Part shown: one piece after another, positions 1-10,041 of the stretch
Position numbering within the stretch: the first letter of the stretch is position 1
How the letters are laid out: every line of letters starts with the position of its first letter
Virus record (IMG/VR): IMGVR_UViG_2630968879_000020
Coordinates: 45,521-109,520 of that record
Length of the DNA: 64,000 nt
Direction: 5' to 3' (one strand)
Source: a virus
Taxonomy: Duplodnaviria > Caudoviricetes
Notes under the pieces: generated by a model
The model's input: the letters and a program-made list of their open reading frames with translations, nothing else
What the model was told of the DNA's origin: nothing
Database searches by the model: none
Translations under genes and position numbers: made by a program

Positions 1-9
1 GAAAAGCAA

Positions 10-243
10 GTGAAATTGACTGAAAGTTCAATGCGTGGTTATAACGGGCATCTGTTTATGACCGAGTTTCAAAATGGCAAAACAATAACGCCGGTATCTC
101 AACGAAAGCAGGATCGTATTTTGGCTACCGTTCGTTCTGAAATTGCCGCTAAACCGGCAACGAAAGAGTTGGAAACAATGCCGCCAGTCACACCACCGAT
201 TAAAGAGCCTAGCGTATCGGAAGACAAACACGAAGAAAGTTAA
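10..243 (+). CDS. Phage hypothetical protein, probably 5'-truncated by the window edge; paralog of the next gene
   Basis: KVKLTESSMRGYNGHLFMTEFQNG aligns with KVKLLESAFSGYTGVMSGVMFENG of 293..730; hairpin GTGCGGTC-GACCGCAC follows. Confidence 0.55.
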   Translation: MKLTESSMRGYNGHLFMTEFQNGKTITPVSQRKQDRILATVRSEIAAKPATKELETMPPVTPPIKEPSVSEDKHEES

Positions 244-292
244 GTAATAACAGTAGTGCGGTCGGGATGACCGCACCTTCTCATTAAGGAAA

Positions 293-730
293 GTGAAAAT
301 GAAACCCGCCAAAGTAAAACTCTTGGAATCAGCATTTTCCGGTTATACCGGTGTCATGTCTGGTGTCATGTTTGAGAACGGTGTAAGTAAAACCGCTATT
401 CCGTTTATTGATCAACAGCGGATATGTTCAATTATGAAAGCCGAAACCGTGGAGGGTAAAAATGTGAGTGGGGCGGCTGCATTAGCCGAATCTCGTGAAA
501 TTACAGCAAAACAAGCGTTGGAACTGGAAACAAAAGCAACGCCAACCACTGAATTACTGCGTGAAGGAGAAAATGATCTTCCTATTATCCGATTCACACG
601 AAATGAACTGGAAGCGTTGGCTGATAAAGGCGGGATTGCTGCTTTGCGTAAAATTGGTAACGAGTTCAATGTGCGTGAAAAATCAATTGAAGCGATGATC
701 GAAAGTATCCTCAACGTGGCAGGTGAATAA
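293..730 (+). CDS. Phage virion-region hypothetical protein
   Basis: 145 aa ORF, RBS AAGGA, stop overlaps next start (TAATG). Confidence 0.7.
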   Translation: MKMKPAKVKLLESAFSGYTGVMSGVMFENGVSKTAIPFIDQQRICSIMKAETVEGKNVSGAAALAESREITAKQALELETKATPTTELLREGENDLPIIRFTRNELEALADKGGIAALRKIGNEFNVREKSIEAMIESILNVAGE

Positions 731-1569
731 TGTCAAAACTGGACGTAATCAAATCAGGCGGTGTATCAGAAATTACTGTGATGTTTGATGCGCTTGATAT
801 AGAGAAAGCCTCTTATTCATTGTTCGACATTGCCGGTAAAACGATTATTGCTGACCAAGACATTACTCTGAATAGCGGCGATCTGAGCGCCTCCTTTTCT
901 ATCTCAGGTGAACATAACGTTTTAGCGGATGGCAAAACCAAAGACATGCGTCGTGTTGTGGTAAAAACAACTACAGCAAGTGGTCGGGTATCTGAATTTG
1001 AACAGTATTATGCTGTTATTGTCTCAATAGAATTAGCTGTACCCAGTGAATCTTTCATTACCCTGATGGAAGCAAAACTAGCTGCTATAGATATGTATTC
1101 CTCAGATGCATTTTTGTTCCTGAGTGATCATACTCAGCGTCAGGCCTTAATAGAGGCAACAAGACGCCTCAAGAATATGAAATTCAGTCTCAAGCGGATT
1201 TATAAGATATCGGATAGCGAATACGACCGACCTCAAAACGTGTTAGCGACTAATGCATTACCGTTTTATCTGGCTGGTGAATTTAAAGGTGACGCAATTG
1301 ATTTCTCTGAGCTGACAGAAGAAGAGTACCGAGCACTGCCTGATTATTTCCTCAATGATATGGCGCAAGCCTGCATGATTGAGGCTGTTTCTGTTGTGAC
1401 TACCGGTGGTGCGGCAGATGCCCGTGATGAGGGCGTACTGTCTGAATCTATTGGTGAAACAACCAATATGTATCGTAGCGGCAGGGCAGCAACACAGGCA
1501 TTGTCGCGTAAAACTTGGCGCTTAATTGCACGCTATACAGACAATGTGATTCGCATTCGCCGAGGGTGA
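730..1569 (+). CDS. Putative head-tail connector/adaptor
   Basis: Position before head-closure/tail genes; C-terminal GVLSESIGETT motif typical of adaptors. Confidence 0.55.
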   Translation: MSKLDVIKSGGVSEITVMFDALDIEKASYSLFDIAGKTIIADQDITLNSGDLSASFSISGEHNVLADGKTKDMRRVVVKTTTASGRVSEFEQYYAVIVSIELAVPSESFITLMEAKLAAIDMYSSDAFLFLSDHTQRQALIEATRRLKNMKFSLKRIYKISDSEYDRPQNVLATNALPFYLAGEFKGDAIDFSELTEEEYRALPDYFLNDMAQACMIEAVSVVTTGGAADARDEGVLSESIGETTNMYRSGRAATQALSRKTWRLIARYTDNVIRIRRG

Positions 1570-1570
1570 T

Positions 1571-1924
1571 ATGAATATCAGTTGGCAATCAACCGCAACC
1601 ATTTATCGTAAATCTGAAACATTGAATATTTATGGAGAACCTGAATTACAGTTTGCTGGAAAATCACCGGTCGGAATTGTTCGTTTTATTCAGGCATATG
1701 ATCGTTCATCTGTACGAGCGGATAGTTCGGCATCACGAGGTAAAGCGGATATTGAGTTGTTTGATGCCGTTCTGATCTTCCCCGAAAAAACAAAGCTCAA
1801 TATTGACGATGTGTTGTTGGTTGAAGGTGTGAAGTTGGAGATTAAAAGCATTCACAACAGATTCGGCTTAAGGGGCAAGGAGGGGCATTTTGAAGTGGGG
1901 GCAAACTTGTGGGTATCTCAGTAG
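1571..1924 (+). CDS. Putative head closure protein
   Basis: 117 aa beta-rich ORF in head-tail joining position. Confidence 0.55.
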   Translation: MNISWQSTATIYRKSETLNIYGEPELQFAGKSPVGIVRFIQAYDRSSVRADSSASRGKADIELFDAVLIFPEKTKLNIDDVLLVEGVKLEIKSIHNRFGLRGKEGHFEVGANLWVSQ

Positions 1925-2406
1925 ACATTGGTTCATTTAAACGTGTTCAGAAACGTTTGACGCACAGTCAGCATGCTCTCAAAAAGAACTTACTCAATGA
2001 ATTACGGAAAATGGCGGTTGAAATGCAGAAGTATGCCCGCGCCATGATCCCCCGTGAGACAGGTAGCCTTGAAAGTGCTGTCTTCGCTCATGTTGTAAAT
2101 AGAAGGGATGAGGTTCATGTGAATCTTTATGTTTCTGAGCACAAGAAACGTGAAGGATTTAATATTCGTGGTAAGTCCGTCAAGAGTGTTTCAGTCGGTC
2201 GTTATGCCAAATACATGCACAATGGACAATATCGGCTTGGGATATTGTCACGAATTAAACAGCAGAGTAACTACGCTACCAATATGCGGGTTAAAGTGGG
2301 TAAAGGGTTTATTGGACGAGCCGGTAATACTGTATGGAAACGTTACCGTAATGATCTAAAAGAGGCGGGCATAAGAGCGGGTTTTGGTCGAGGTCGATGG
2401 AAATGA
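1909..2406 (+). CDS. HK97 gp10-like tail completion protein
   Basis: PRETGSLESA (PxxTGxL) motif, basic, position. Confidence 0.65.
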   Translation: MGISVDIGSFKRVQKRLTHSQHALKKNLLNELRKMAVEMQKYARAMIPRETGSLESAVFAHVVNRRDEVHVNLYVSEHKKREGFNIRGKSVKSVSVGRYAKYMHNGQYRLGILSRIKQQSNYATNMRVKVGKGFIGRAGNTVWKRYRNDLKEAGIRAGFGRGRWK

Positions 2407-2783
2407 TTTTAGAAGCATTTACTAAATATCTTGAATCAAAAGGAGTGGGAAAAATAGGAAAAGATCTGTTTTGCCACTATATGCCCCCCAAAATACCTCG
2501 TGGCTATCTGGTTATGTCGCCTAGCGATGGGATTAAAATTGATTCAGAGTTAAAAGGCTACTATCAAGACATTTTTCCGTTTATGATTAGAGCAGAAAGT
2601 ATTGGAAAGGTTAACCAATTAAGTAATGTGGTTATGGAGCACCTTTCAGTACGTGATATTGAGATAAATGGAGTTTATTTCAATTTAATACAAGTCATTA
2701 CATTGCCTACTATCTACCCCCAAAATGACGGAGGTTCTTTTGAAGCAGGCGTTGTGATAGAGTTCAGTTGTTATTTAAAATAA
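2397..2783 (+). CDS. Tail terminator / minor structural protein
   Basis: 128 aa directly upstream of the major tail protein. Confidence 0.6.
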   Translation: MEMILEAFTKYLESKGVGKIGKDLFCHYMPPKIPRGYLVMSPSDGIKIDSELKGYYQDIFPFMIRAESIGKVNQLSNVVMEHLSVRDIEINGVYFNLIQVITLPTIYPQNDGGSFEAGVVIEFSCYLK

Positions 2784-2797
2784 GTAAGGGAATACTT

Positions 2798-3289
2798 ATG
2801 GCAGGTTCAAAAGTTGAAAATATTAAGCTAGGTGCATGTAACGTTTCTTTCAAAGGCGTTGATTTGGGTTATACCAAAGGCGGTGTAGAGGTGGAGGTTA
2901 CTACTGACACACTGAAAGTGACGGTTGACCAGTTTGGTGAAACCACCGTTTCTGAACTGATTCAGGGGCGTAATATCAAAGTCACTGTACCACTGGCAGA
3001 AACTGTCCTTGAACGTCTGGCTACCGTAATGCCGGGGAGTGAAGTCGGCGGTGCGGGTGACGAAATTACCATCAAGACGGGTATTGGCATCAACCTTGTT
3101 GAAGTCGCTGAATCTCTGGTTCTGACACCGCTCAACAAAGATGATTACGTCCTGACTCTGCCACGTACTGCTACAGCAGGTAGCTTCACCATGGCATACA
3201 AGCATGATGATGTTCGTGTGTTCAATATTGAATTTAATGCTTACCCTGATGACAGTGGTGTATTGGGGAAAATGGCAAAAAAAAAGTAG
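2798..3289 (+). CDS. Major tail tube protein
   Basis: NIKLGAC..DLGYTKGGVEV motif of siphophage tail tube proteins; ATG at 2798. Confidence 0.85.
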   Translation: MAGSKVENIKLGACNVSFKGVDLGYTKGGVEVEVTTDTLKVTVDQFGETTVSELIQGRNIKVTVPLAETVLERLATVMPGSEVGGAGDEITIKTGIGINLVEVAESLVLTPLNKDDYVLTLPRTATAGSFTMAYKHDDVRVFNIEFNAYPDDSGVLGKMAKKK

Positions 3290-3422
3290 TTACTGAATCT
3301 GCTTCTAAAGATAAAAAATCTGAGGGAAGCAAAGTTCAGAATAATCAATCTGTGGCATAGCGCGATACAAACCAAGATTAATTAATTTGATCTGGTAAGT
3401 ATGTTTATACCTATTATATTAT

Positions 3423-3447
3423 AGGGCTTCTATTTGAAGCCCTTTTT
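3423..3447 (+). terminator. Rho-independent terminator
   Basis: AGGGCTTC-TATTT-GAAGCCCT followed by T tract. Confidence 0.7.
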
Positions 3448-3464
3448 ATTACATGGAGTTTAAG

Positions 3465-3782
3465 ATGGCAAAATTACTTGACCTTGATGCAATTGCCCCA
3501 AAACCTAAAGAAGTCACTTTGCGTGGCGTAAATTACAAAATGTCACCAATGACAGTTGGCCTGTTTGTACTGGCGCAGCAATTCCAATCGCAGGATATTG
3601 AAAATCAAACTCCTGCTGAGCAATTAAAGGCAGGTATTGAGATTGTTCGCAAGCTGCTACCTGAAATGCCGGAAGCAGAAATAGATAATCTGACTCCAGA
3701 ACAGGTTCAGCAAATTGTTCTCTTTGCATTTCAGGAAGGTGAAGAAACCAATGAACGTCACGCTGGAGAAGACGCAAAGTAA
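3465..3782 (+). CDS. Tail assembly chaperone (gpG-like)
   Basis: Between MTP and TMP; RBS GGAG before ATG 3465; ends GCA AAG TAA. Confidence 0.75.
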   Translation: MAKLLDLDAIAPKPKEVTLRGVNYKMSPMTVGLFVLAQQFQSQDIENQTPAEQLKAGIEIVRKLLPEMPEAEIDNLTPEQVQQIVLFAFQEGEETNERHAGEDAK

Positions 3783-4132
3783 TAACCCGTCAAGAAAGCG
3801 GAGTCGAGATTGTTTCTATCGATTTTGGTTTCTACTTTTGTCGTGTTGTTGCTTTTTATGGCGAAACCACGGAATCGGTTATCGCCATGCCGCTTGAACG
3901 GTTCTGGTTATTAAGTCGAAACATAGACCGCATCAAGTCAGAAGATGATATTCGTCGCTTGCAGACAGCAAGGGTTGCCCAGGCAACGGCGGATAGTTAC
4001 ACGGCATTTGAGAAAAGTTTACAGCAGCGATTGGGGCAGCCGGTCATTATGAAAAAGGTGTTGTCACCTTTCCATGCCGAGGCTGATCCAGATGCCGAAT
4101 TGAAATTAAGGAATATATTCGGTAGGAGCTAA
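3776..4132 (+). CDS. Tail assembly chaperone gpT-like segment reached by -1 frameshift
   Basis: The -1 frame is open across the gpG stop (KVITRQESGVEIVSIDFGFYFCRVVAFYG...) into ORF 3887..4132. Confidence 0.7.
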   Translation, partial: KVITRQESGVEIVSIDFGFYFCRVVAFYGETTESVIAMPLERFWLLSRNIDRIKSEDDIRRLQTARVAQATADSYTAFEKSLQQRLGQPVIMKKVLSPFHAEADPDAELKLRNIFGRS

Positions 4133-4134
4133 GG

Positions 4135-7100
4135 ATGGCTGACTCATTAGGTTTTCGATTGTCGCTGGACAGCAAAGAGTTTGAGATAAAGATCGATAAT
4201 GCGGGTCGTTTACTCAATCGTCTCTCCAATCAAGGTACAAAAGCCAGTACGGGTGTTAAGCGTTTAGAGGGCGGGTTTAGAGGTTTTGGTCGCACGTTGT
4301 CAGATACGATTACTACAATCGGTATGGCATCTTTTGCAATTGGAACACTAAAGACTGCCTTTTTTGATTGGCAAAAAACCATTCTTGATAGCGCAGGAAA
4401 ATTAGAACGCCTGCAAGTCATGTTACAAGGCTTGGCGACATCTTCGGATAAAGCAGCCGAGTCAATGCGAGACTTCCAATACATTATTTCATCGGCAAAA
4501 CAAGCTCCTTTTTCTATTGATGCTATTTCAGATAGCTTCGTTAAATTAAAATCATCAGGAATAGATCCAACCAAAGGTTCTATGCAAGCTCTGGTTGACG
4601 CAACTGCTCGATTTGGTGGTGATAGTGAGCTTTTGAAACGGGCTACAATTGCAATCCAACAAATGTCTGGTAAAGGCGTTGTCTCGATGGAAGAACTTCG
4701 TCAACAACTTGGTGAAGCAATCCCTACCGCGATGCAATCAATGGCATTAGGTATGAACGTGTCAATGGCTGAATTGGTTAAAGCAGTTTCTAGCGGCTCT
4801 GTTCGTTCAAAAGATGCTATTGAATCAATGATGAACATTTTGGAAGCCTCATACGGCGGCTCTGCCAAGCGAATGATGAACACCTATGTTGGTTTGTTAT
4901 CACAAATGCAAACTAACGCCGCCCTTTTAGCCAAATCCATTGGTGACTCTGGTTATATGGATGCCGTTAAAGATGCAATTCGAGATATAAACAGCTTATT
5001 GGGTAGTAACGCGGCTGTTTACTATGGAGAGCAATTTGGCAAGATGGTTAAGGAAATTATTGACGCCTCTAAAGAAATGCTTGTTTGGATATTTAATAAC
5101 AAAGAAATGCTACTGTCTTTAGGCTCAGCATTAATGCATATCGCTGGCGGTGTACTTGTTCTGTCCTTTTTTAAGTCAATAACTGGTGCGTTAACAGGTT
5201 TTAACAGAATGATCGCAACGACTGTGACAAGTTCTGGCGGTCTAGCAAGACAAATGGTTTTAATCTCTCAACGTGCTTCTGGCATGGGGCAAAATCTTAA
5301 CCTTGGAACAATTGCCATTGGAAGAATGAAACATGCTTGGCGTGGTTTAGACGCTGCTATGAAAGCCAATGCGATTATCTTTGCGGTTACTACGATTATC
5401 GAGGTTCTTGCTTTACTTGCATGGTGGTATGACAAAGTAAATGAAAGAGCCAAAAACGCGATGGAGACGGCTAAAAATACGCCTGAATTGGTGACTGATG
5501 AACAAATGGAGGACTTAAAAAAAGCAAAGGAGAACCAATTAAAAGAATTAGAGGAAATTGAAAGAAAAATAAAATATCAGCAAGAGCTTATGCAACCTGC
5601 TTTAGAATATAAAAAGAGTGGTAAATCTCCCAACGAAGAAGCGTTGAATCAAGCTTTGGAAGTAGAAAAAGCCTTATTAAAGGAAAAAGAAAAAATTGCT
5701 GGAAAATTACAAAAATTACAAGATGCTTTAACTAATACCGAAATCGCTAAAGCTAAAATTGCGTATGAAAGAAAACTATCCCAACTTGAGAATAGTATTG
5801 AAAGAGAAGATGGGGTCAGAAAATCAGAGTTAAGATCCAAACTTGAGGCTCTTAATGCTGAAATGGTAGCGAAACTCAACGCGGTAAAAAATGATACTGC
5901 GTTGCAACTTTCTATCCGGAAGGAATACGGTGAGAAAATGGGGGTTTTGTACAATGAGGAATTAGAACGTGGTAAAGAAAGTATTACCAAACAGGCAGAT
6001 TTAACTCGAACTGAAATTAATCGCGTAATGAAAGAGTTAACTAAAGTTCGGACTCGGGCTGGAAATAATACAACTGATATTCAGAAACAGCAGATTACTC
6101 AACTTGAAAACCAGCTATTATCCGCCACTAACTCTCTAAATAATTATGAAAAAATGTATCAAACCACCCTTGAACGTATAACCAATTCTGCAAAGATGTT
6201 TATGGGGTCGATGATAGGTATTAATGGTGAGGCTATAGATGCTACATCCGATGCCCTCGGTGATAAATTAAAAACTATAGAGGATTCGAGCCGTAGAAAT
6301 TCCGCATCAGCACGTTTAGGTAATGGTGAGAAAATAAAGACAATCGATGGTAGAACCGCCACCTCACAACAAGAATTGCAGACTCATTACAATATAGTGG
6401 ATGCGCTTAAAGAAGAAAAAATTAACGTTGATAATCTTGAAGTTGCCTATAAAAATTTAAGTAAAAGTCATAAAGCAAGTATAGATGCAGCAATGGCAAA
6501 CGCACGTATGGCGGGTAATGCTGCGAATGAAAAGAAGGATAACTCCAAAGCTGAAAAAGCTAAACGTGAAGCTGAACGTATGGCTGAGGCACATCGTAAG
6601 ATCTTGAGCGATGCTGATGCTATGTCGGCAAAGATCGGTTTTGGGAGCCAAGAGGTTGTTAAATATAATCAATCATTAGATGAATTGAGAAAAAGCCTTG
6701 AAAAACTCTCCAAGGCCTCTCCACAAGAAGGAATTTTGTCTCAAGAGCAGATAGATGATGCCACAGCGTGGTTGGCGGAAATCAAAGCTGAAATAGAAAA
6801 CGATGATTATCTAAATGCTTTGGCAAAAAACTCTGCTGATCAACTTATTTCAAAATGGGCGGGGTTTGCGAATACAGTTAAAGGTAATATGACACAATCC
6901 ATTGCAGAAATGCGTAGCGAGTTTGAAAAGAATTACCAAGCAGCCGATAATTATTTTGCCAAGATTATCAAGGCAAATGAAAAAAATACCGAAGTTTATG
7001 AATATCTAGAAGCAGAGCAAGCAAAATTCCACGCTGGCAAAGAAGAAGCAATGGTGCGTATGACTGAAACCGCTACGGCGAAAATGGCATATGATTACCA

Positions 7101-8175
7101 GAATCTGGGTAAGTTAATTGACGATAATTTCAAGAATATTTTCGATAACCTCGAAGATAAGCTTATGGAATTTCTTGATACCGGTAAATTTAATATTGCT
7201 GATTTCGGTAATTTTATTTTTAAAGAGCTTCAACGTAGTTTTATCCGTAGCATGGTTATTTCACCGATGATTAACGGGCTAGGCTTAGGTGCTGGCGGAG
7301 AGACTGGCGAGAGCTTCATCTCAAAAATCGGTGGCGCGATGGGGGGCATGTTCGGTGGTTCTAGTGCTAATGAAGGTGACGATGGCATTGCCAAATCTAC
7401 TCAAGCTCTCGGTAAGGCGGCTACTGAAACAACTGGTGCACTGGAGACAATGCAATCAGAAGGTATCTTCTCTACTATTGCCGGTTATGCGCAACAATTA
7501 TGGGCAATGATCGCTGGTACAACCGCAACCCAAACAAAATCAGCCGCTGATGTTTCAGCTACCACAACAGTTACTTCATTTGCAATTGCATTAGGTTTGG
7601 CAAGAAGTGCCGTTATAAGTTTCATGGCATCCCTGATGACAAGTAGTTCAGCAAGTAGTGCTAGTTCTATTGTATCAATGGTAGGAACAATCGGGTCAGC
7701 AGCAGCTTCTGCATATGGCGGAGGAGCAGGGGCGGCTGGTGCAGCAGGATCTGCGGCTAATACGGGGGCAATGGGAATGTCAACCAATTGGCAAGCCTAT
7801 ACATCCTCTTTTGCAAAAGGCGGCATAATGGGGTCGTTGGGGGAAGTTCCGCTAAAAACCTATTCCAAAGGTGGCATTGCCACTTCACCTCAGTTAGCCC
7901 TCTTTGGTGAGGGGGCGCACAATGAAGCTTATGTACCTTTACCTGATGGCCGCCGTATTCCTGTGAATATGAACATTGCTGGTGACGACATCGGAGCTGG
8001 TTCAGATAAAAATGTAATCATTTCTATCTCTGTAGTAAATCAGGGAGGGGATAGCAATGAGGAAAGTAATTCCAGTAATGAATCGGCATGGAACGAGACG
8101 GCTCAAAAAATTAAATCCATTGTTATTGAAACAATGACTGAAGAAAAACGCCCAGGTGGTATGTTAACGGAGTAA
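4135..8175 (+). CDS. Tail tape measure protein
   Basis: 1346 aa helical protein; QMSGKGVVSMEELRQQLGE TMP motif; C-terminal FAKGG and GEGAHNEAYVPL. Confidence 0.92.
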   Translation: MADSLGFRLSLDSKEFEIKIDNAGRLLNRLSNQGTKASTGVKRLEGGFRGFGRTLSDTITTIGMASFAIGTLKTAFFDWQKTILDSAGKLERLQVMLQGLATSSDKAAESMRDFQYIISSAKQAPFSIDAISDSFVKLKSSGIDPTKGSMQALVDATARFGGDSELLKRATIAIQQMSGKGVVSMEELRQQLGEAIPTAMQSMALGMNVSMAELVKAVSSGSVRSKDAIESMMNILEASYGGSAKRMMNTYVGLLSQMQTNAALLAKSIGDSGYMDAVKDAIRDINSLLGSNAAVYYGEQFGKMVKEIIDASKEMLVWIFNNKEMLLSLGSALMHIAGGVLVLSFFKSITGALTGFNRMIATTVTSSGGLARQMVLISQRASGMGQNLNLGTIAIGRMKHAWRGLDAAMKANAIIFAVTTIIEVLALLAWWYDKVNERAKNAMETAKNTPELVTDEQMEDLKKAKENQLKELEEIERKIKYQQELMQPALEYKKSGKSPNEEALNQALEVEKALLKEKEKIAGKLQKLQDALTNTEIAKAKIAYERKLSQLENSIEREDGVRKSELRSKLEALNAEMVAKLNAVKNDTALQLSIRKEYGEKMGVLYNEELERGKESITKQADLTRTEINRVMKELTKVRTRAGNNTTDIQKQQITQLENQLLSATNSLNNYEKMYQTTLERITNSAKMFMGSMIGINGEAIDATSDALGDKLKTIEDSSRRNSASARLGNGEKIKTIDGRTATSQQELQTHYNIVDALKEEKINVDNLEVAYKNLSKSHKASIDAAMANARMAGNAANEKKDNSKAEKAKREAERMAEAHRKILSDADAMSAKIGFGSQEVVKYNQSLDELRKSLEKLSKASPQEGILSQEQIDDATAWLAEIKAEIENDDYLNALAKNSADQLISKWAGFANTVKGNMTQSIAEMRSEFEKNYQAADNYFAKIIKANEKNTEVYEYLEAEQAKFHAGKEEAMVRMTETATAKMAYDYQNLGKLIDDNFKNIFDNLEDKLMEFLDTGKFNIADFGNFIFKELQRSFIRSMVISPMINGLGLGAGGETGESFISKIGGAMGGMFGGSSANEGDDGIAKSTQALGKAATETTGALETMQSEGIFSTIAGYAQQLWAMIAGTTATQTKSAADVSATTTVTSFAIALGLARSAVISFMASLMTSSSASSASSIVSMVGTIGSAAASAYGGGAGAAGAAGSAANTGAMGMSTNWQAYTSSFAKGGIMGSLGEVPLKTYSKGGIATSPQLALFGEGAHNEAYVPLPDGRRIPVNMNIAGDDIGAGSDKNVIISISVVNQGGDSNEESNSSNESAWNETAQKIKSIVIETMTEEKRPGGMLTE

Positions 8176-8178
8176 CTC

Positions 8179-8511
8179 ATGGAACGGAAAACCTTTAAGT
8201 GGCATCCAAAATTTGAATCGCGTAAAAACTTCAAACCGACAATAAGCAAGCAGACGTTTGATGATGGTTATGAGCAACGATTAACGTCAGGGTTCAATTG
8301 GCGAAAATACGAATGGAATTTGGTATTTGAGGGGGCGTATCCCCTCATTCAAGAAATAGAGGATTTTCTTTACGAACATGGCGGAAAAGATTTATTTAAT
8401 TGGGTATCCCCAGATAAAAAACCTTATTTGATTGTATGTGAAGATTTTAATGTTACAAGAAATACAGGGAGTGCAACCTTAACAGCGACATTCAGACAAG
8501 TGTTTGAGTAA
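8179..8511 (+). CDS. Minor tail protein M (distal tail)
   Basis: FDDGYEQR..G.N and LTATFRQVF lambda gpM motifs. Confidence 0.85.
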   Translation: MERKTFKWHPKFESRKNFKPTISKQTFDDGYEQRLTSGFNWRKYEWNLVFEGAYPLIQEIEDFLYEHGGKDLFNWVSPDKKPYLIVCEDFNVTRNTGSATLTATFRQVFE

Positions 8512-8563
8512 AACTGTGCTTATCCCAATACGGGAATAGTATGATTTCAAGGAGAGAAACGTA

Positions 8564-9271
8564 ATGACAGGAAAGTCAATCAGACAGCACATTCAACTAT
8601 TATCACCTGAATCTATCTTTGAGTTTTTTATTATCGATCTGCCTAAGAATACGGGCGGAGGTAGATTTTATTTTCACGCTGGTACAAATGATCTGAACCA
8701 ACCTGTTGTATGGCAGGGAAAGATCTATCAACCTATGCCGATAAAGGCAACAGGCTTTGATATTAGCGGAGAAGGTAAACTTCCAAGACCTAAGTTAAAA
8801 GTTGTTAATCTGCATGGATTGATTTCTGCTGAGCTGCAAACTAAAGACGACTTGTTAGGTTGTCAGGTGACACGCAAACGAACGATGCAATGTTTTCTTG
8901 ATGCAGAGAATTTTCCTGATGGTGTCAATCCTGATGCAAATCCCGAACAGCATTTTCCTGATGATGTGTGGTTTATCGATCAGAAAACTATTGAAACCTG
9001 CGAAATAGTGGAGTTTGAACTGGCGTCAGTTTATGACCTGATGGGAGTACAGCTTCCTAACCGACAAGTGATCCGTAATTCCTGTCAGTGGGATTATCGT
9101 GGGGCGGAGTGTGGATATACTGGCCCCGCTTTTGATAAAGATGACAAACCAACTTCCATCGCTGGAGCAGATTTTTGTCCTAAGCGATTATCTAGTTGCC
9201 GAGCGCGGAAGAATTACTTTGCTGATGGCATCATTATGTTTGGCGGTTTTCCGGGAGCGACACGAGCATGA
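8564..9271 (+). CDS. Minor tail protein L
   Basis: CQWDYRGAECGYTG..CPKRLSSC Fe-S cysteines and FGGFPG end. Confidence 0.9.
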   Translation: MTGKSIRQHIQLLSPESIFEFFIIDLPKNTGGGRFYFHAGTNDLNQPVVWQGKIYQPMPIKATGFDISGEGKLPRPKLKVVNLHGLISAELQTKDDLLGCQVTRKRTMQCFLDAENFPDGVNPDANPEQHFPDDVWFIDQKTIETCEIVEFELASVYDLMGVQLPNRQVIRNSCQWDYRGAECGYTGPAFDKDDKPTSIAGADFCPKRLSSCRARKNYFADGIIMFGGFPGATRA

Positions 9272-10041
9272 TCCAAGAAATGATGAGTACATCTCTGTAC
9301 TTGGAAATGCAACAGGCCGCCGTCACAGCTTATCCAAACGAAGCCTGTGGGTTGTTGGTCAACACTAAAGGAACTAAGTATGAGCTTGTGTTGTGTAAAA
9401 ACGTTGCGGAAGACCCCGTTAATTTTTTTGTGATGAATGCAGAAGATCAAATAGCAGCAGAAAAAAGGGGGGAAGTCGTAGGGGTGTGGCATAGCCATAC
9501 GGATGGAACTAATAAAGCCAGTGAAGCAGATATGGCAGGTTGTGAAGCCTCAGAACTTCCTTGGCTTATCATCAATGTGACAAAAAATTATAACCCTGAA
9601 ATTGACAGTGAATTCATCATCAGTGATGTGAATGTCATTTCTCCGAATGGCTTTGAAATGCCTTATGAGGGAAGACCTTACGCTTTTGGAGTATTTGATT
9701 GTTGGATGTTATGTCGCGATTACCTCAAGCGAGAATTTAATATTCAGGTGGGAGCATGTTCGCATCTGCATATCCCTAATTGGTGGGATGGCGATAAAGA
9801 TATTCTCAGTGACAACATCACTGAACAGGGATTTATTAAGCTGCCTTACGGAACACAGCCAAAACGTGGTGATCTATTTCTTATGAAAATAGGAGCTAAG
9901 ATGCCGGATCATTGTGCAGTTTATATCGGTGATAACCTGATTTTGCATCATCAATCTAACCGGCTAAGTTGTAAGGCAATTTACGGTGGTATGTATCAGA
10001 AAACAACGATCCATCATTTACGGCATAAGGAATTGCTATGA
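9268..10041 (+). CDS. Tail tip assembly protein K (JAB + NlpC/P60)
   Basis: PNEACG, WHSHTD, FDCW, DHCAVY motifs. Confidence 0.9.
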   Translation: MIQEMMSTSLYLEMQQAAVTAYPNEACGLLVNTKGTKYELVLCKNVAEDPVNFFVMNAEDQIAAEKRGEVVGVWHSHTDGTNKASEADMAGCEASELPWLIINVTKNYNPEIDSEFIISDVNVISPNGFEMPYEGRPYAFGVFDCWMLCRDYLKREFNIQVGACSHLHIPNWWDGDKDILSDNITEQGFIKLPYGTQPKRGDLFLMKIGAKMPDHCAVYIGDNLILHHQSNRLSCKAIYGGMYQKTTIHHLRHKELL

